From positions 45,590-69,650 of the forward strand of contig JAVKIP010000018.1 of assembly GCA_031459385.1 (NCBI GenBank): a stretch of DNA of 24,061 nucleotides, read 5' to 3'. The notes beneath the pieces were generated by a model. The model was not told where the DNA came from and did no database searches. It was given only the letters and a program-made list of their open reading frames with translations. Positions 8,919 through 14,761 of this stretch are shown piece by piece (position 1 is the stretch's first letter; every line of letters starts with the position of its first letter). Position numbers and translations under genes: made by a program. This DNA comes from Candidatus Fervidifonticultor secundus (GTDB taxonomy: Bacteria; Sysuimicrobiota; Sysuimicrobiia; Sysuimicrobiales; Humicultoraceae).

Positions 8919-9896
8919 GTGCCGCATCCGCTGGCCAGTCTGCTCGATCGCGAGCAGGAGCGGGTGGCGGCGGCGTGGGCGTCGGCCCTCTCGCGGCTGC
9001 GGCCGTCGGCGTTCGTGTACCGGCCGCTGGAGGAGCTGCGCCGCCTGGGCCGGGCCTACCTGACCGAACTGGTCCTCTACCTCGATACTGACGACCCCGC
9101 CGGCCTGCGCGACTTCATCCGCCGGGAGGCGGCGGTGCGACTCTCGATGGGCTTCGGCGCGGCCGAGGTCGTGCAGGGGTTCGTGGTGTTCCGCGAGCTC
9201 ACGCAGGCGCTGTGTGCGGAGATGGTGGAGACCGAGGCCGACCGCCTGGCGCTGCTGGAGCGCCTCACCCAGGCCACGGACTTCACCATCGTGGAGTTCG
9301 TTACACACTACCAGCACCTGGCCGACCAGCGGGAAGCGGCGCACCTGAAGGAGATGGAGGACCTGCAGCGCGCGCTGATCGACCAGGCGATCCAGGACGA
9401 GGTCACGGATCTGTTCACCGCGCGGTTCTTCGAGGAGCACCTGGTCCTGGAGGTGAAGCGCGCGGCGCGCTACCGTCGCCCGTTCGCGCTGGTGGTGCTG
9501 GACGTGGACGAGTTCGAGGCGCGCCACGCGCGGTACGGCCCGGCGGTGGCGCAGGCCGCGTTGCGCGCCGTGGCAGCGATGCTGCGGGACCTGACGCGGG
9601 AGCTCGATGTCAAGGCGCGCACCGGGGAGACCGAGTTCAGTGTGGCGCTGCCGGAGACCGGCGGGGAGGCCGCGCTGGTGGTCGCCGAGCGACTGCGCAC
9701 GAGGGCGGCAGAGCTGCCCTCGCCGGGCCGCGATGAGGCGGCGGGCGTGCCCGGGGAGGCGCTGACCGTCTCGGTGGGGCTGGCGGTCTACCCCCTGCAT
9801 GGCGAAACCGGGCGGGAGCTACACCACGCGGCCCGGCGCGCGCGCGACGAGGCGCAGCTGCTCGGGGGTAACGTGGTGGTGCAGGCAACGGCGTGA
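8919..9896 (+). CDS. Helical sensor domain (RsbRD_N/globin-like) + degenerate GGDEF domain; putative c-di-GMP receptor
   Basis: DEVTDLFTARFF, RAARYRRPFALVVLDVDEF, RELDVKARTGETEF (I-site RxxD intact; A-site GETEF), LTVSVGLAVYP. All-helical N-terminal domain of about 130 aa plus a coiled-coil linker. Confidence 0.85.
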   Translation: MPHPLASLLDREQERVAAAWASALSRLRPSAFVYRPLEELRRLGRAYLTELVLYLDTDDPAGLRDFIRREAAVRLSMGFGAAEVVQGFVVFRELTQALCAEMVETEADRLALLERLTQATDFTIVEFVTHYQHLADQREAAHLKEMEDLQRALIDQAIQDEVTDLFTARFFEEHLVLEVKRAARYRRPFALVVLDVDEFEARHARYGPAVAQAALRAVAAMLRDLTRELDVKARTGETEFSVALPETGGEAALVVAERLRTRAAELPSPGRDEAAGVPGEALTVSVGLAVYPLHGETGRELHHAARRARDEAQLLGGNVVVQATA

Positions 9897-9908
9897 CGCC
9901 GGGAGGTT

Positions 9909-9934
9909 GGCCCCGGGCCCTCTGCGCCGGGGCC
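9909..9934. terminator. GC-rich hairpin between convergent genes, possible bidirectional terminator
   Basis: GGCCCCGG (9909-9916) / CCGGGGCC (9927-9934) in the 39-nt gap. No U-tract. Confidence 0.4.
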
Positions 9935-9935
9935 G

Positions 9936-10793
9936 CTACAGGCGAATACGCTGCTGTTGGTGCAGCATTCGGGTGGCCTCGGCGTAGGTCAGCCACGTGC
10001 CCGTCTGCTGGTAGACGACGTACCGGAGGAACCCGACGACCGACATGTACTGGGTTTCCGGGGAGAAGGGGCGCAGGTTCTCCACCCGCGGCATGACCAC
10101 CAGGCCCAGATCGATGTACGGGGTCGCCGGCGCCGCCGCGGGCCGTCCTGCCGGTATCGGGCCGGCGGTGGCAGCGGCGGGGCTCGACGGGACGGCGGTC
10201 GCGGCCGGGCTCGCTGGAGGCGCAGGCGGGGCGCCGGGAGCGGTGACGGCCGGCGCGGGTGCCGCTGCGGGTACGGCGGTGCCCTGGGGGGACGACTGTG
10301 CGGGGACTGCGCTCGGCGGCGCCGCCTGGGTCCGAGGAGGATACACGATGATGACCGACACGACCACGCCGTCGAGGCCGAAGGCGATACCGTGCTGATC
10401 GAACGCCATGCCCATCAGGCCTTCGACGACGGCATCTGCGAACTGCGCCCCGAACACCCGGCGCACGTCTGTGACGGTGGACCCCAGGGTGATGCCCTCG
10501 CTGGTGCGCAGCAGGCTGTTGGTCGTCGAGATCGCCCGGACCACGCCGTCGGTGGCGTAGACGTTGAGGCCGTAGCGCGGGAACGTGTAGAGGGTCCCGT
10601 CACGCAGGAGCCGCGCCTCGCCCGGTTGCCCGAGGCGCGCCACGACGGAGGATACCGACCGGCCGAGGGCGACCCCTGCGATGCTCTGCCCGGGCACGAT
10701 GAGCACCGTGGGGCTCGAGCCCTGCTGCGCCAGGACCGGCCAGGCCATCCCCAGGATAAAGGCCAGGAGCAGGAGCCAGGTTCCACGCGTCAT
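9936..10793 (-). CDS. Secreted hypothetical protein: signal peptide, tandem BLIP/SmpA-like repeats, Pro/Ala/Ser/Thr linker, small C-terminal domain
   Basis: AGGAGG SD 8 nt upstream. Signal peptide ending VLA|Q. Repeats GVALGRSVSSVVARLGQP and GITLGSTVTDVRRVFGAQ. Linker of about 70 aa. Confidence 0.75.
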   Translation of the reverse strand: MTRGTWLLLLAFILGMAWPVLAQQGSSPTVLIVPGQSIAGVALGRSVSSVVARLGQPGEARLLRDGTLYTFPRYGLNVYATDGVVRAISTTNSLLRTSEGITLGSTVTDVRRVFGAQFADAVVEGLMGMAFDQHGIAFGLDGVVVSVIIVYPPRTQAAPPSAVPAQSSPQGTAVPAAAPAPAVTAPGAPPAPPASPAATAVPSSPAAATAGPIPAGRPAAAPATPYIDLGLVVMPRVENLRPFSPETQYMSVVGFLRYVVYQQTGTWLTYAEATRMLHQQQRIRL

Positions 10794-10852
10794 GACCGTC
10801 GCCTCCTGGGCCTCTGCGGCACCCCGGCCGCCGCGAGGTCGAGATGCCCTGC

Positions 10853-10884
10853 TATTCTGACCAGTGCCCCGATCTCCTGCCGGC
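10853..10884 (-). promoter_or_regulatory. SigH-like promoter for the secreted-protein gene
   Basis: Minus strand reads GCCGGCAGGAGATCGGGGCACTGGTCAGAATA: AGGA and GAAT start 21 nt apart, matching the Bacillus sigma-H consensus. Confidence 0.65.
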
Positions 10885-10975
10885 GAGGCGTGCCGTGGCG
10901 TGTCGGGACCGGGCGCAGGGCGCTCGCCCTGCGCGCGACTGGCGTCCGGGGGATCTCGCCCGGTCGGGGAGCCCG

Positions 10976-11740
10976 ATGCTGACTGCTGCGTACGTGCTGG
11001 TGCTGACCGCGCTGGGCGCCGTCCTGGGGAGCTTTGCCAACGTGCTCATCTACCGTCTGCCGCGCGAGGAGTCCGTCGTGACGCCGGGCTCACGCTGCCC
11101 GGAGTGCAAAGCGCCGATCCGGCCGCGGGACAACATTCCGGTGCTGAGCTATGCGCTGCTGCGCGGGCGGTGCCGCGTGTGCCACCAGCGGATCAGCCTG
11201 CGGTATCCGCTGGTCGAGATGCTGATGGCCGTACTGACCGTTGCGGTCGGCCTGCGCGTCCCGTTGCCCCTGGGGTGGCGGGCGGCCGTGGAGGTGGCCG
11301 GCGCGCTGCTGTTCGTGTTCCTGCTGGTGGTGATCACCTTCATCGACCTGGACCACCAGCTCATCTTGAACTGGCTCACGTATCCGGGGGTCGTCGCGGG
11401 TGTGCTCCTGGCGGCGGCGCTGGGGCGGCTCGTGCCCGCGCTCATCGCGGGGGTGGGGGCGGGGGCGCTGATCCTCCTCATCGTGGTCGCGAGCCGTGGC
11501 GGGATGGGGCTGGGGGACGTGAAGCTGGCGGTGCTCATCGGTGTCTTCCTGGCCTCGCCGGCCGTCACCGGGGTCGCGCTGTTCCTGGCGTTCGTGATAG
11601 GAGGGCTCTTCGGCCTGGCGCTGCTCACGCTGCGCGTCCGCGGGCGGAAGGACCCGATTCCCTTTGGCCCCTTCCTGGCCCTCGGCGCCCTGGGTGCAAT
11701 CTTCTGGGGAGAGGCCATCATCCGCTGGTACTGGCAGTAG
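10976..11740 (+). CDS. pilD: Prepilin peptidase / N-methyltransferase
   Basis: GSFANVLIYRLP, SRCPEC...NIPVLSY...GRCRVC (Zn motif), FIDLDHQ, GGMGLGDVKL, IPFGPFL. GGGGAG SD before ATG 10976. Confidence 0.95.
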   Translation: MLTAAYVLVLTALGAVLGSFANVLIYRLPREESVVTPGSRCPECKAPIRPRDNIPVLSYALLRGRCRVCHQRISLRYPLVEMLMAVLTVAVGLRVPLPLGWRAAVEVAGALLFVFLLVVITFIDLDHQLILNWLTYPGVVAGVLLAAALGRLVPALIAGVGAGALILLIVVASRGGMGLGDVKLAVLIGVFLASPAVTGVALFLAFVIGGLFGLALLTLRVRGRKDPIPFGPFLALGALGAIFWGEAIIRWYWQ

Positions 11741-11773
11741 CCCCGCGGTGCCGCCGGGCGGCGAGCAGGTCTA

Positions 11774-11804
11774 ACCGGCAGGAGTTCAGGGCAATCTGTT
11801 GAAC
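11774..11804 (+). promoter_or_regulatory. SigH-like promoter upstream of pilP-like/pilQ
   Basis: ACCGGCAGGAGTTCAGGGCAATCTGTTGAAC: AGGA and GAAC start 21 nt apart. Confidence 0.6.
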
Positions 11805-11815
11805 AGTCACGGATC

Positions 11816-11872
11816 GCGGGGCCTTGCCGGGGCTCCAGCGGGGTCGGGGAACTGGACGAAACCGTTAGGGGG
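11816..11872 (+). promoter_or_regulatory. pilP-like leader hairpin (UUGCCGG loop), GGACGA box and AGGGGG SD
   Basis: GC GGGGCC-UUGCCGG-GGCUCC a GC (11816-11839), GGACGA at 11854-11859, AGGGGG at 11867-11872. Confidence 0.5.
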
Positions 11873-11876
11873 CCGT

Positions 11877-12530
11877 ATGCGCAAGGCTGGTGCGTATCTG
11901 CGAACGCATCCGTTGGTCGCCGGCGCGCTCGTGGTGGCGCTCATCGCGCTGGTGATCATGGTCTGGCCCCGGCAGGGGCCGCCGCCGCGACCCGCTGCCA
12001 CCCCACCTCCGAGCCCCGCGGCGTCTCCGCAGGCAGGCGCGCCCGCAGCGCCGACGGTCCCGCAACCTGCCGTGAGCCCGACCCCGGCGCCTACGCCCGC
12101 GCCCGCGCTGCCGGGCGCCGGGCGTCCGGATCCCTTCGCGCCTCTCGTCGTGGCGGAGGGGCCACGGCCCGCCCCCGGGCCGGTGCCGCCGCCGGCACCG
12201 CTGCCCCCACCGCTCTTCCCCGGCCAGCCCGGCCAGCCGGGCGCGCCTCCGGCCCCGGGCCCCGCCCCGACGCCGCCGCCGAAGGACGCCAGCACGGCGG
12301 AGCTTGTGGGACTCGTGCACGACTCGGTGGCGGTGGCGATCGTCCGGGTGGGCGGCCAGACGTATATCGTCTCTCCGGGCGATGTGATCCGGGACAAGAT
12401 CCGCGTGACCGGAATCGACCCGCAGCAGCGTCTGGTGGTGCTGGAGGAAGACGGAGAACGGTTCGAGCTGAAGATGGGAGAGGTGAGGGCACGGCATGTT
12501 GCCGCGACGACCGCGCTGGGCCGCATCTAG
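11877..12530 (+). CDS. PilP/GspC-HR-like protein with N-terminal TM anchor and Pro-rich linker
   Basis: ATG 11877 after the AGGGGG SD. TM helix, GRPDPFAP motif, and C-terminal beta domain ELVGLV...AVAIVRVGGQTYIVSPGDVI...RVTGID. Directly upstream of pilQ. Confidence 0.75.
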   Translation: MRKAGAYLRTHPLVAGALVVALIALVIMVWPRQGPPPRPAATPPPSPAASPQAGAPAAPTVPQPAVSPTPAPTPAPALPGAGRPDPFAPLVVAEGPRPAPGPVPPPAPLPPPLFPGQPGQPGAPPAPGPAPTPPPKDASTAELVGLVHDSVAVAIVRVGGQTYIVSPGDVIRDKIRVTGIDPQQRLVVLEEDGERFELKMGEVRARHVAATTALGRI

Positions 12531-14181
12531 CTTCGCCGCAGGAGCTATCGTCTTGGTGCTGGCGCTGGTGCCCGTGGGCCCGGCGCAGCCGGAGGCTCCT
12601 GCTGTGCGCGTCACGCAGGTGACGGTGAAGATCTTCGGGCACACGGTACAGGTGGCCGTGGTCGGCACCGGGCCGCTCACCTACAGGACGCTGCAACTCT
12701 CGTCTCCGCCGCGTCTGGTCATCGACCTGCCCGGCGCGATCGTAGACGCGGCGATCCCGCCCGTGATCGACGTGGAGAAAGGCGCGGTCGACCGGGTGCG
12801 GGTCGGGCAGTTCCAGGACCGACCGCCCGTGGCGCGCGTCGCCGTGGACATGCGCGCGCCCCTGTCGTTCCGGCTGGCGACGACGGCGCCGAACGTGCTG
12901 GTGGCCCAGTTCGCATCGCACAGCGTCGCCGCTGTCCCCGCTCCCGCGGCGGCGCCGACGGCCCCCGCGCCGGCGCCCGTCGCGCAGGCGCCGGCTGACC
13001 CCCCGGCGCCGCCCCCGGTGCCGGTGGCCCAGACCACGCCGGCCGCGCCACCGCTCGCGCCGGGCCGCATCACCCTCGAGTTCCGCGCCACCGAGCTGGC
13101 CGACGTGCTGAGCGCGCTGGCGCGGGTGTGCAACGTGAACATTGTCACCGACGCCTCGGTCAAAGGCACGGTGACCGTGCGCCTGATCGACCTCTCGTGC
13201 GAGGAGGCGCTGCGCTTCATCCTGGAGGCCAACAACCTGGGCTTCCGCCGCGTCGGCCGGAACCTGATCATCATGGCGGCCGACCGGCTGGCCCCGCCGC
13301 CGGAAGCGCCCGAAGCGATCACCTACCCCATTGGGTTCGGCGTGGCCAAGGACGTGGCCGACGCGATCCGCGCTGCCGTGCCGGGCATCCGGGTGACCTC
13401 GGACGCGCGGTCGAACGCCGTGGTCGTGGTGGGCACCCAGGCCCAGCACGAGGAGGTGCGGAAGATCCTGGCCGGCCTCGACGTGCAGCTCCCGCAGGTG
13501 ATGATCGAGACGCGCGTCGTCGACATCGGGATGGAGACGCTGAACCAGCTCGGGCTGCGGTGGGGTCTCACCGGTGACCCACCGGTGAACGTGATCCAGG
13601 TCCGGGGCACGTTCCCGGGGTTGGTGCGGGTCGGCTACGGCGACTTCACCATCAACGCCGCCCTGGAGGCCCTGGTGCGGGACGGCAAGGCCCGCGTGCT
13701 GACCGCGCCCCGTGTGGCGGTCGTGGACGGCAACGAGGCCTCGGTCAACCTGGGCGAAGAGCTGCCGATCCCGTCGGTGGACGCCACTGGCCGGGTGACG
13801 TTCACCTTCAAGCCGGTGGGCGTGATCCTGCGCATTACGCCCAAGGTCAACCGCGATGGGCTGGTGACCACCAAGGTCGAGCCCGAGATCTCGGCGGTGC
13901 GCGAGATCCTGCAAAACCAGGTGCCCCGCCTGACCAGCCGCAAGGCGTCCACTACGGTGACGGTGCGCAGCGGCGAGTCGATCGTGCTGGCGGGCCTCAT
14001 CAGCTCGGAGGAGCGCCGCACTACGGTGAAGGTGCCGATTCTGGGCGACATCCCGATCCTCGGCGTGCTGTTTCGGGTGTCGACGACCAGCCGGACGGAC
14101 AACGAGGTCATCTTCGTGGTGACACCGCTGATCCTGCCGGGGCCCGGGGCGCCCGCGCCCGCGCCGTCACCCCAGCGGTGA
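12496..14181 (+). CDS. pilQ: Type IV pilus secretin PilQ (AMIN + linker + N0/N domains + secretin)
   Basis: Signal peptide, AMIN (PPRLVIDLPG, RVRVGQFQ..ARVAVDM), ITLEFRATELADVL, DARSNAVVV, LDVQLPQVMIETRVV, GVILRITPKVN, KVPILGDIPILGVLFR, VIFVVTP. Confidence 0.92.
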   Translation: MLPRRPRWAASSFAAGAIVLVLALVPVGPAQPEAPAVRVTQVTVKIFGHTVQVAVVGTGPLTYRTLQLSSPPRLVIDLPGAIVDAAIPPVIDVEKGAVDRVRVGQFQDRPPVARVAVDMRAPLSFRLATTAPNVLVAQFASHSVAAVPAPAAAPTAPAPAPVAQAPADPPAPPPVPVAQTTPAAPPLAPGRITLEFRATELADVLSALARVCNVNIVTDASVKGTVTVRLIDLSCEEALRFILEANNLGFRRVGRNLIIMAADRLAPPPEAPEAITYPIGFGVAKDVADAIRAAVPGIRVTSDARSNAVVVVGTQAQHEEVRKILAGLDVQLPQVMIETRVVDIGMETLNQLGLRWGLTGDPPVNVIQVRGTFPGLVRVGYGDFTINAALEALVRDGKARVLTAPRVAVVDGNEASVNLGEELPIPSVDATGRVTFTFKPVGVILRITPKVNRDGLVTTKVEPEISAVREILQNQVPRLTSRKASTTVTVRSGESIVLAGLISSEERRTTVKVPILGDIPILGVLFRVSTTSRTDNEVIFVVTPLILPGPGAPAPAPSPQR

Positions 14182-14191
14182 GGCGACGCCG

Positions 14192-14623
14192 ATGCGCGCG
14201 GGAGTTGCGGGTCTGTTGGTCCTGGTCCTGGCGGGAGGGGCCGCGGCGCAGGTGCTGCCGCCGTTCAACACGGCCCGCCTCTACCTGACCGAGGCGGAGT
14301 TCGCGCGGGCGATCCAGCCGTACCAGCAGGCCATCACCGCCAACCGACAGCACGCGCGGGCGCACTACTGGCTGGGGTACGCGTACGCCTACGCGTTCCG
14401 CCAGTGGCAGCTCGGCGCCGCCTCGTACGCGGCCGGCTACGGCGAACGGGCCGTCGCGTCGCTGCAGGAGGCGATCAGGCTCGATGAGGCGTTCGCGCCC
14501 GCGTACCTGGCGCTGTACGACGTCTACCGGCTCATGGGGCAGTTCGACAAGGCCGACGCGCTTCTGGTGCAGATGATGGGCAAGGTCCGGCCAGGCTGGA
14601 CACCGCGCATGCCCGCGTGGTAA
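14192..14623 (+). CDS. Small secreted TPR protein
   Basis: Signal peptide AAA|Q. TPR-like units FARAIQPYQQAITAN..HARAHYWLGYAY and AVASLQEAIRLDEAFAPAYLALYDVYRLMGQFDKA. Confidence 0.75.
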   Translation: MRAGVAGLLVLVLAGGAAAQVLPPFNTARLYLTEAEFARAIQPYQQAITANRQHARAHYWLGYAYAYAFRQWQLGAASYAAGYGERAVASLQEAIRLDEAFAPAYLALYDVYRLMGQFDKADALLVQMMGKVRPGWTPRMPAW

Positions 14624-14723
14624 GGTCCCGGCCGCGGGCCGATCACGCTGCGAGGGGGCGGGAGCACCCGCCCCCTCGGCGTGTCAGGGATGGCCGGGCC
14701 GGGCAGGTGAAGCGCACCGGCGG

Positions 14724-14752
14724 TTGAAAGCCGGGGCGGCGTCCAGTATCCT
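14724..14752 (+). promoter_or_regulatory. Sigma70/SigA-type promoter for the peptidase-efp unit
   Basis: TTGAAA (14724-14729), 17 nt, TATCCT (14747-14752). Confidence 0.55.
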
Positions 14753-14761
14753 ACGGGCTGT

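Noticed and set aside
11796..11865. Hammerhead-like CTGTTGA...GGACGAAAC
   Set aside because: Core should be CUGANGA, and stem II does not pair directly after it.
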